Assembly: GCA_041651355.1 (NCBI GenBank)
Contig: JBAZJK010000001.1
Span: forward strand, 549,883 to 613,882
Source: Patescibacteria group bacterium
GTDB taxonomy: Bacteria > Patescibacteriota > Patescibacteriia > Patescibacteriales > UBA12465
Reading direction: 5' to 3'
Length of the DNA: 64,000 nucleotides
In this document: piece by piece, positions 1 to 6,448 of the stretch
Layout of the letters: every line of letters starts with the position of its first letter
How positions within the stretch are numbered: position 1 is the stretch's first letter
Notes under the pieces: generated by a model
Databases searched by the model: none
Told to the model about the DNA's origin: nothing
Seen by the model: the letters and a program-made list of their open reading frames with translations, nothing else
Translations under genes and position numbers: made by a program

Positions 1-793
1 CAATCAAGATGGCTGAAGATTTTTCGATCTCAGCCATGGTGAAATCCTGGCTCATGACGGCACTGACATCATTTTGAGGATTGCCCTTAGTCAGTTGGGC
101 GCCCATCACCACATAACTTGCCCCCAAATCCAGAGCTTCCCGGACGCCGGTAGTCCGTTGCTGGTGGTCTGATAACATCCAGGAATCACGGATACCTGGG
201 ACGATGAAGCCGTAGGAAGCGGGTAGGTTGTTTTTCAAAATTCTCACTTCCTGCGGTGAACAGACAATCAAATCAAAGGGTTCATCCGGGTAAGTGCCCG
301 CATTTTTCTTCTGGTATTCAGATCGGATGTTGGCCAGGTCGTTAAAGATTTTTACCACCGGATGCATTCCAAACCGGCGCTGGCATTCATCAACACTCAT
401 ATCAGTCAGAGCGCTCACCATGGCGAGTTTAGTCGCCGGCAAAGCTTTGCGCAAAGCGATAATACCATCGACACTACATTGAGAGCTGACGGTCAGGATG
501 TCGGGCTGGAAGGCAGCATACTTCTTGGCATAATTTTCCAAAGTGGCAGAGACGTCGAAGACTTTAAGATCGAGGAACAGCCCGACCTCAGGTCCGATTT
601 CAATCCGCAACATTTCCTTGATTTTTGCGACTAAGGCTGGCCCGCCGCAATCATAGTTGTGTATGCCATCGTTGACTTTCACATAGGCCAGCATTTTATT
701 GATGCTTTTTTTAGAAACAGTTTCCCACATCCTCGCCAGTAGCTGGGTGGCATCAGGAATACCATCGAAAGGTAAAATTACTACTCTTCTCAT
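1..793 (-). CDS. OMP-decarboxylase-family (ribulose-phosphate-binding barrel) protein; N-terminal 264 codons only, C-terminus lies beyond the left window edge
   Basis: Absent from the ORF track because it runs off the edge. My translation from ATG 793-791 begins MRRVVILPFDGIPDATQLL. It contains FLDLKVFDVSATL (D-x-K-x-x-D as in the PyrF active site), VPGIRD and GASYVVMGAQLTKG, in the order seen in orotidine-5'-phosphate decarboxylases. The call rests on remembered motifs only. Confidence 0.45.
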   Translation of the reverse strand, partial: MRRVVILPFDGIPDATQLLARMWETVSKKSINKMLAYVKVNDGIHNYDCGGPALVAKIKEMLRIEIGPEVGLFLDLKVFDVSATLENYAKKYAAFQPDILTVSSQCSVDGIIALRKALPATKLAMVSALTDMSVDECQRRFGMHPVVKIFNDLANIRSEYQKKNAGTYPDEPFDLIVCSPQEVRILKNNLPASYGFIVPGIRDSWMLSDHQQRTTGVREALDLGASYVVMGAQLTKGNPQNDVSAVMSQDFTMAEIEKSSAILI

Positions 794-885
794 GATAATT
801 GATTTTTGGTTAATATTCGGTTTACTTAGGTTTTAATTTTCAAACAACTAATCAAAACATATTAAATTAACAGTCGAAAAAAGTC

Positions 886-916
886 AAACAAAAAAACCTC
901 TGTTTGAGGTTTTTTA
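886..916 (-). terminator. intrinsic terminator downstream of tspO
   Basis: Hairpin AACCTC (895-900) / GAGGTT (906-911) with a 5-nt loop. It is flanked by an A-run on the left and a T-run on the right, so it reads as hairpin plus U-run on either strand. It lies 31 nt after the tspO stop codon. Confidence 0.6.
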
Positions 917-946
917 TAAATTCCAGTTCAAAACAAAAATGTCGTG

Positions 947-1414
947 CTAATTTAGCTTCCAAATAGAATAGTTTAATATCGAGGCGAAACTAACCCACAA
1001 TAGATAAGGAATTAATAAATAGGAAGCTCGTTTATCTATTCGGTAAAAAAGACCGATTAATAATAATATAGAAAGCCAAAGAATAACTATTTCAAAGAAT
1101 GCTAGCATTGGATTATGCAATCCGAAAAATATAATTGACCACAGGGCGTTGAGTATTAGATGCGCAAAAAATATTATCAAGGAAATCTTAACTGACTTAA
1201 TATCGCCCCTCCTTTTCCAAATCAAATAAGACGCTATGCCCATTAAAACATAAAGCGTTACCCACATAGGTCCAAATATCCAATTTGGCGGGTTAAAGCT
1301 CGGCTTATCTAAAGTTGAATACCAGCCTGGTATGGCTGAGCTGGTAAAAACGGAACCGATTACGCCAGCTAGCTGGCTGATTAATATAAAGACTAAGGGT
1401 CGTAAAAATTTCAT
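947..1414 (-). CDS. tspO: TspO/MBR family tryptophan-rich sensory protein
   Basis: 155-aa ORF with five hydrophobic segments and many Trp/Tyr residues. The N-terminal block SAIPGWYSTLDKPSFNPPNWIFGPMWVTLYVLMG is typical of TspO. Confidence 0.85.
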   Translation of the reverse strand: MKFLRPLVFILISQLAGVIGSVFTSSAIPGWYSTLDKPSFNPPNWIFGPMWVTLYVLMGIASYLIWKRRGDIKSVKISLIIFFAHLILNALWSIIFFGLHNPMLAFFEIVILWLSILLLIGLFYRIDKRASYLLIPYLLWVSFASILNYSIWKLN

Positions 1415-1632
1415 AAATTTATTTTTAATAAATACAACCTAATTATACAACAAATTTAAAACTCCCGCACCACCTAACAAAAATCTTGTGTAATTCTATA
1501 TGCGCACCGCTTGTTGAATGATGTTAGGAATTTAATTTTTGATTATAATAGTCCAATTTATGTTAAAAGGGTTAAAAAATTCAAATAAAAATTTATCATA
1601 TATTATTACCATCTTTTGATTTTTAAGACAAG

Positions 1633-1682
1633 AAAAAAGCCACCGATTTTTACAAAGCTTTGCTTTATAAATCTCGGTGGCT
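1633..1682 (-). terminator. intrinsic terminator (minus strand only)
   Basis: On the minus strand AGCCACCGA (1682-1674) pairs with TCGGTGGCT (1646-1638), a 9-bp GC-rich stem extended by A-U pairs. It is followed by TTTTTT (1638-1633). The plus strand has no T-run after the hairpin. Confidence 0.75.
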
Positions 1683-1855
1683 ATAAAACCACCAGTTTTT
1701 TACAGTCGCTATTCTATGCTTTCTAGAGCATGTGCTTAAATCGTTAAAACGATAAACCAACCCGCCCCAATAGCCTAACTGTAGATGATGATAACCTTAA
1801 ACTTGCCACTTCTTACGAAGAGATGATGAATCCGGTCAGCTCTCCATCATTGTTA
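1633..1855 (-). ncRNA. candidate structured non-coding transcript or 5' leader of tspO (class unknown)
   Basis: It is bounded by a minus-strand promoter (1861-1890) and a strong intrinsic terminator (1633-1682). The longest ORF inside is 4 codons. It contains competing complementary segments; see findings. Confidence 0.35.
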
Positions 1856-1860
1856 ATTCA

Positions 1861-1890
1861 ATAATAACTCACCTTTTATATTCATGTCAA
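1861..1890 (-). promoter_or_regulatory. sigma70-like promoter, TTGACA-18-TATTAT
   Basis: Plus-strand tgtcaa at 1885-1890 and ataata at 1861-1866 read on the minus strand as TTGACA, an 18-nt spacer, then TATTAT. Confidence 0.5.
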
Positions 1891-1969
1891 TAAATTATTA
1901 TTTGAAAATTAAGCCAGAAAAAATAATTTATAATAAAAATAGACCCTTCGATCTATTTTTATATTTACG

Positions 1970-2040
1970 CACGGGATGAGGGAATCGAACCCCCGCCAAC
2001 GGTTTTGGAGACCGCCGTACTACCACTATACGAATCCCGC
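1970..2040 (-). tRNA. tRNA-Trp (anticodon CCA)
   Basis: The reverse complement folds as a cloverleaf. Acceptor GCGGGAT/ATCCCGT, D-arm GTAT-AGTGGTA-GTAC, anticodon arm GCGGT-CTCCAAA-ACCGT, T-arm GGGGG-TTCGATT-CCCTC, discriminator G. No CCA is encoded. Confidence 0.9.
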
Positions 2041-2064
2041 AAAATACTCTCCTAGAGGAGAGTA
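2041..2064 (-). terminator. hairpin plus short U-run between the desulforedoxin gene and tRNA-Trp
   Basis: TACTCTCC-TAGA-GGAGAGTA forms an 8-bp stem (2045-2064). On the minus strand it is followed by TTTT (2044-2041), which directly abuts the tRNA-Trp 5' end. Confidence 0.45.
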
Positions 2065-2087
2065 TAGCTGTCTGGCTACTCTCTTGT

Positions 2088-2219
2088 CTACTTCTCTTCT
2101 TCTTTCTTTAATTCCATGTCTTCACCACAGCAGATAAGGCGGCCGCCGCCATCCTTTTCAAATCTTACTTCATTGCCGCAAATCCGGCAAAAATATACTT
2201 TATCGACACGATTACTCAT
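2088..2219 (-). CDS. desulforedoxin (Dx-type rubredoxin-like mini-protein, 43 aa)
   Basis: It falls below the ORF-track length cutoff. My translation is MSNRVDKVYFCRICGNEVRFEKDGGGRLICCGEDMELKKEEEK. The C-x-x-C...GGG-x-L-x-CCGE-x-M pattern matches desulforedoxin and the N-terminal domain of desulfoferrodoxin. It sits 17 nt downstream of rubrerythrin on the same strand. Confidence 0.75.
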   Translation of the reverse strand: MSNRVDKVYFCRICGNEVRFEKDGGGRLICCGEDMELKKEEEK

Positions 2220-2236
2220 ATAATTATAATCTTAAA

Positions 2237-2767
2237 TTAATAATTTTCTGACAAAATTTCAAAATAGGCTTTAGGATGAGAACAGGCTGGGCAGGTCTCC
2301 GGTGCTTCCACGCCTTCATGGATATGCCCGCAATTATTACACTTCCACCTCTTGACCTCCGGACGCTTGAACACGAGACCATTCTCCACGTTTTCTAAGA
2401 GCTTTTGATAACGGGCGGCATGGGCCGCTTCCACTTCCCCGACTTCTTTGAAGAGACGGGCGATTTCAGTGTGTCCTTCCTCTAAAGCCTCTTTAGCCAT
2501 ACGAGGATACATCTCTGAAGTTTCATAGGTTTCACCAATGATAGCTGCTTTCAAGTCTTCTTTAACATCGTCACTGATATAGCCTAATTGTTTGGCCCAT
2601 AATTTAGCGTGCTCTTTCTCATTCAGGGCTGTTTCCGAAAAAATATTAGAAATCTGGACGTAGCCAGCCTTCTTGAAAACCGAAGCGAAATAATCATATT
2701 TATTCCGAGCCATTGATTCGCCGGCAAAAGCCTCTTCTAAATTTTTCTTGGTTTTTTCTCCTAACAT
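2237..2767 (-). CDS. rbr: rubrerythrin
   Basis: 176 aa. It has a ferritin-like di-iron domain (EKEHAKLW, EVEAAHAARY) and a C-terminal rubredoxin-like domain (WKCNNCGHIHEG...CPACSHPKAYFE). Confidence 0.9.
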   Translation of the reverse strand: MLGEKTKKNLEEAFAGESMARNKYDYFASVFKKAGYVQISNIFSETALNEKEHAKLWAKQLGYISDDVKEDLKAAIIGETYETSEMYPRMAKEALEEGHTEIARLFKEVGEVEAAHAARYQKLLENVENGLVFKRPEVKRWKCNNCGHIHEGVEAPETCPACSHPKAYFEILSENY

Positions 2768-2791
2768 AAATTTATATTCATTATTATTATT

Positions 2792-3913
2792 TTAAATTTT
2801 TATTTTTCTCTTATTTATCTTTCTCATCTCAGCCGCTAGTTGTTTAGCCTGTGTCTCCGGATATATATCCAAGTCCTTACGGTATTCCAATTCATAGATA
2901 TGCATAACGGTCACGGAGATGGCGATAATAAGCGGGCCTAAGACAACACCCCAGAAACCGAAGAGGATGACCCCACCCAAGATGGAGAAAAGGACAAAAA
3001 TCGGATTAACTTCCGCTTTATCCTTAATCATATAAGTCCGTACCACATTATCTACCGTACCGATTACGAACATGCCCCATAATAAGATGAAGATTCCCTG
3101 CCAGATATTGCCGGTAAGTAGATAATATACCCCCATCGGGACGTAAAAGAGCATTGAACCCAGATAAGGCAGAAGAGACAAAAGAGCAACTAAAATTCCA
3201 GCCAGGAGAAAAGGAAAACCGACAATAGCGAAACCGACAGCGCCGGCTATTCCCTGGACCAAGGCGGCAACGAAAGTGGAGACGAAAGTAGTATAGCTTA
3301 CCGCCCGGAACTTATGAAAGATCTCTAAATCATACTTATTGGGAAGCGGCGACCAATACATCACTTTCTCCAGCATCTTCTTGCCGTCAACGAAAAAGAA
3401 AAACATAGTAATCACAATCAGGACTAGGGACACCAAGAAACTGGAAGTCTTTTCCAGGATCATCGTCGCTCCGCTAATCAGCCAATTACTGGAATTCTTG
3501 ATCACGTCCAAGGCGATGGTCTGGAAAGTATCATTATTATACTTGCTCAGATTAATGTTCTTTAGGATGGTGTTTTGGAAAATTGGCCCTTGGGAAATAT
3601 CCTTCAAACTGTGAGTGCTGAAAAAATTAACTGCTTCCGAATAAGCATTGATAGATTTTTCGCCTGCATAAAGCATGATTCTCACCGTCGGCACGACGAT
3701 TACAAGCAGCAAGATGAAACACATGATAAGAGCCGCTAGATTCTTGCGTCCTTTAAGGCGACGAGTGAGGCCTTGATAGGGGGCATAGAAAATAGAAGCC
3801 AGGACAGCAGCAACAAAAATCTCAGTCAAAAAAGGACGAAAAAGAAAAAAACAAGCCACTGTTATAATCAAAACCAAAATTAACAGAAAAGGCTTGGTTA
3901 ATTTTTCAGACAT
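2792..3913 (-). CDS. AI-2E family transporter (PerM/UPF0118-type permease)
   Basis: 373 aa with about 8 TM segments. The conserved C-terminal half (ALLSLLPYLGSMLFYVP ... FGFWGVVLGPLIIAISV) resembles AI-2E/PerM family members. Confidence 0.75.
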   Translation of the reverse strand: MSEKLTKPFLLILVLIITVACFFLFRPFLTEIFVAAVLASIFYAPYQGLTRRLKGRKNLAALIMCFILLLVIVVPTVRIMLYAGEKSINAYSEAVNFFSTHSLKDISQGPIFQNTILKNINLSKYNNDTFQTIALDVIKNSSNWLISGATMILEKTSSFLVSLVLIVITMFFFFVDGKKMLEKVMYWSPLPNKYDLEIFHKFRAVSYTTFVSTFVAALVQGIAGAVGFAIVGFPFLLAGILVALLSLLPYLGSMLFYVPMGVYYLLTGNIWQGIFILLWGMFVIGTVDNVVRTYMIKDKAEVNPIFVLFSILGGVILFGFWGVVLGPLIIAISVTVMHIYELEYRKDLDIYPETQAKQLAAEMRKINKRKIKI

Positions 3914-3974
3914 AATTTAAATTTGTTCACCCGGCAAAACATGGGGTTCTTGCCGGACAAATTATTTAGTCTAT

Positions 3975-4130
3975 TTACTTAGTTTCTTTGTGTAAAGTGT
4001 GAGTCTTGCAAACCGGGCAATACTTCTTCATTTCCAATCTTTCTTTTAGGACTTTCTTGTTTTTCTTGGAAAAATAATTGATCGTCTTGCATTCCGTGCA
4101 CTCTAACTTGATCATGTTGTCTTGAGACAT
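3975..4130 (-). CDS. rpmG: 50S ribosomal protein L33
   Basis: It falls below the ORF-track cutoff. My translation is [51 protein letters not shown] (51 aa). It has the L33 pattern C-x-x-C...NY...KN...LE-x-KKYC-x-x-C-x-x-HT-x-HKE. Confidence 0.9.
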   Translation of the reverse strand: MSQDNMIKLECTECKTINYFSKKNKKVLKERLEMKKYCPVCKTHTLHKETK

Positions 4131-4261
4131 ATCTTTGAACTAAAGCCCAATTGTCCAGGAATCGGTCATTCAGGCATTTAAAAAAATAAATAAATTTTCT
4201 TTACTCTTGGTAATCTAACAATATAAAAAAACCCAAAAAAAGTCAAATCAAGGGCGGCTAA

Positions 4262-5128
4262 CTAAACTTGGCAAAAAGAGCAATAATGGGTGCCCCGGCC
4301 GGCTAGTTTTATCTTGCTGATTGGACGCCCGCAAGTTGGGCAAGGAGATAGGTGGCGGCCATAGACTCGCAGACGATGAGAAAAAGAACCTTTACGACCC
4401 TCCGAATCACGATAGCTATTAAAAGTAGTGCCTCTATCCTTAATCGCTTGAGCGATAATTTTATTAATCGCTGAATATAGCTTCTTCAGCTCCGGGGCGC
4501 TCAGGCTGTCAGCCCGACGCTTAGGGCTGATCTTAGCTAAGAACAAAGATTCGTCGACATAGATATTGCCTAAACCGGATACATTCTTCTGATTCAATAA
4601 AGCCGCTTTAATATTCGTCTTCTTGCTTTTTAAAGCTCCAGCTAAGCTCACTAGGGAAAAATCGGGATGCAGAGGTTCGGGGCCATAATTACGACGAATG
4701 AAATCATCCAGATCTCCAGCGCTAGCTAACTTGATATAGCCGAATTTTCTCAAATCGTTAAAAAAAAGTCGGCCATTATTTTTAAAATTAAAAATAACCC
4801 GAGTATGGCGATTGGGATATTTAGTCCCCTCCTCTTTGCTCAAACTGTGCCCGCCAGCTAGATGAGAGTGTTTATCTTGATAAATTAACTGCCCGGTCAT
4901 CTTTAAATGAACCAGGAGATATTCGCCTGATGGCTTCAGTTTGAAGAATAATAACTTAGCGCGCCGGCCAACTATATCAATACTCTGACTAGATAAGCGT
5001 TTATAAAAAACAGCGGGCGCTAAAGCGACCGTTTTCTGATTAAGGATTTCCACTGATTGTATCCGCAGGCCAACGAGCTTGCGCGCCAAATCGCCGCGGA
5101 TGGTTTCCACCTCCGGTAATTCCGGCAT
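4262..5128 (-). CDS. mutM: formamidopyrimidine-DNA glycosylase (Fpg/MutM)
   Basis: 288 aa. The N-terminus is MPELPEVETIRGDL (catalytic Pro2/Glu3). An H2TH region is present, and a C-terminal zinc finger reads CPTCGRPISKIKLAGRGTHYCSFCQ. Confidence 0.95.
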   Translation of the reverse strand: MPELPEVETIRGDLARKLVGLRIQSVEILNQKTVALAPAVFYKRLSSQSIDIVGRRAKLLFFKLKPSGEYLLVHLKMTGQLIYQDKHSHLAGGHSLSKEEGTKYPNRHTRVIFNFKNNGRLFFNDLRKFGYIKLASAGDLDDFIRRNYGPEPLHPDFSLVSLAGALKSKKTNIKAALLNQKNVSGLGNIYVDESLFLAKISPKRRADSLSAPELKKLYSAINKIIAQAIKDRGTTFNSYRDSEGRKGSFSHRLRVYGRHLSPCPTCGRPISKIKLAGRGTHYCSFCQV

Positions 5129-5322
5129 AAATTATTTGATTAGGACTATCCCGGTAATGATCAACCCGAGGGCTAAAAATTCTACTAAGAAAATCTTGAG
5201 AAAGCTAAGACCGAGTTTGTCCGGATTAAGTAAAGGCATATCATTAAGGTGGGGAGCCTGGTATGATTTGGGAACCTGGCTCGTTAATAATAGATATGTT
5301 GATATTATAGCTTTAGACAAAT

Positions 5323-5350
5323 AAAAAAGGAAGTCGTTGATAGACTTCCT
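5323..5350 (-). terminator. intrinsic terminator after the 177-aa membrane protein gene
   Basis: AGGAAGTC (5328-5335) pairs with GACTTCCT (5343-5350), an 8-bp stem with a 7-nt loop. The A-run at 5323-5328 gives a U-run on the minus strand. Confidence 0.65.
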
Positions 5351-5370
5351 TTGAACGAATTTGAAACGGT

Positions 5371-5904
5371 TTAAGCTTTTTTAAGTTTAGGAACTAAGCT
5401 AAAAATTCCTAAAATAACTATCAGACCGCATAAATAGAAGTACATATACGGAGACGATGACATTAAACTGTCTAAAATAAATTTTGCCAATGTCCCGAAG
5501 ACAAAAACAAATAGCAAGAGCCCGATGGCTAATTTTTTTGATTCCGACATTTTAATAAGTCCATAACATATAAGCATTATGGCACTTATGCACATTATTC
5601 CGATATTAGTAAAGGATGGAACCTTTATAAAAATCAGTAATACGAAAAACAGTGCTATCGATAATCCGGAAAAAATCAGAACTGAGGCTTTTGTTTGTCT
5701 TCTACTCTCCAGGAGTTGAGCCTTGGCTTCATACTTTAACTCGAGGCCATAATTGGTTTTTGCGCTTGCGTTTATTTTGTCCAGTGTTCTTTGGTAATCG
5801 GAAATTTCCTTTTCCGTTAATGGTTTTCTGTGCATGAACATTTCAACATAGACAATAACCGCAGCAACAAACCCGATAACCATAATACTAATAGTTGTTT
5901 CCAT
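5371..5904 (-). CDS. hypothetical membrane protein (4-5 TM segments)
   Basis: 177-aa ORF with an ATG start, hydrophobic segments and a central charged helix. No motif recognised. GC is low, about 32% by spot count on line 5461. Confidence 0.55.
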   Translation of the reverse strand: METTISIMVIGFVAAVIVYVEMFMHRKPLTEKEISDYQRTLDKINASAKTNYGLELKYEAKAQLLESRRQTKASVLIFSGLSIALFFVLLIFIKVPSFTNIGIMCISAIMLICYGLIKMSESKKLAIGLLLFVFVFGTLAKFILDSLMSSSPYMYFYLCGLIVILGIFSLVPKLKKA

Positions 5905-6323
5905 TTTTTACGTTTTTTAAGATTAAATTATTTGATTAATTACTAAATTCGCCTAAATTCAGACGAACTTGGTAATTAACCAAATTTAACCTTATTTGTA
6001 AACGAACTATTTTAATATTTATATAATAGCATAGTTTTAACAAAATGTCAATGGTTTGCCAGTTTACGACATAAAACCCAATAAAATCAAGCCGTTTATC
6101 ATATTATCCTGGATTATAACTCCGAAAAGCTAAAAATGTGGATAAGTCTATAAACAATTATGCCCGACTTTCAAAAATTACCCCGAATGGTGCAAGACTG
6201 ACTAAAAAAGCTAACAAAAATGACAAAATATAGAGTTTGGTCTTGCGTGCAAGATGGTGCAAATCGTTTCTGTATACTGATGTTATAAAGATTCTTTTCT
6301 TTTTATCTGGCTTCTCTATTAAC

Positions 6324-6394
6324 CAAGGAATAACTCTTTTTTTCTTTTCGGCGGATCCCCCGGAGGGGGAGCCGAAAAGAAAAAGTTATCCTTG
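6324..6394. repeat. about 70-nt imperfect palindrome with a GC-rich core, 55 nt upstream of the recombinase ATG
   Basis: Left arm CAAGGAATAACTCTTTTTTTCTTTTCGGC. Right arm GCCGAAAAGAAAAAGTTATCCTTG. Core TCCCCC-GGA-GGGGGA at 6356-6370. T-tracts precede and A-tracts follow on both strands, so it does not look like a terminator. Confidence 0.7.
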
Positions 6395-6448
6395 TTTAAA
6401 AGAACTTATAATTAGACAGGAATCTAGATAGCTAATCATTCAACCAAT

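Noticed and set aside
1633-1855. Resemblance of the non-coding unit to a T-box leader or a glycine riboswitch. For T-box: UAAGAAG-UGG-CAAG as a specifier-like segment with a Trp codon, GGUGG near the terminator, and tRNA-Trp next door. For glycine: GGAGAG ... GAAGUGGCAAG.
   Set aside because: The conserved T-box 14-mer and its bulged antiterminator geometry are not present. The downstream gene (tspO) is not an aminoacyl-tRNA or amino-acid gene. The glycine-riboswitch core (CACCGAAGGGGCAA, CUCAGGCAAAAGGAC) is not matched. The region is kept only as an unclassified candidate.
5132-5320. 62-aa minus-strand ORF immediately upstream of mutM (and the overlapping 81-aa plus-strand ORF 5079-5324)
   Set aside because: The start is a TTG that directly abuts the upstream terminator. 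A shorter 35-aa version from ATG 5239 (MPLLNPDKLGLSFLKIFLVEFLALGLIITGIVLIK) could be a real single-TM micro-protein. Equally, the region could be the mutM promoter and leader, since a TATAAT lies near 5303-5308 on the minus strand. The evidence is insufficient to call it.
6137-6145. Perfect DnaA-box-like 9-mer TGTGGATAA in the AT-rich 5905-6448 spacer (possible oriC)
   Set aside because: It is a single perfect box. Only one weak second match exists (ttatcctgg near 6102). No dnaA or dnaN is nearby and there is no box cluster. A second 8/9 match near 24050 is part of a hairpin.
6237-6431. 64-aa plus-strand ORF from the track, upstream of the recombinase
   Set aside because: It starts at a TTG and is built largely from the T-tract/A-tract arms and GC core of the 6324-6394 palindrome (FFFSADPPEGEPKRK). 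It has no RBS. It is more likely a by-product of the inverted repeat than a gene.
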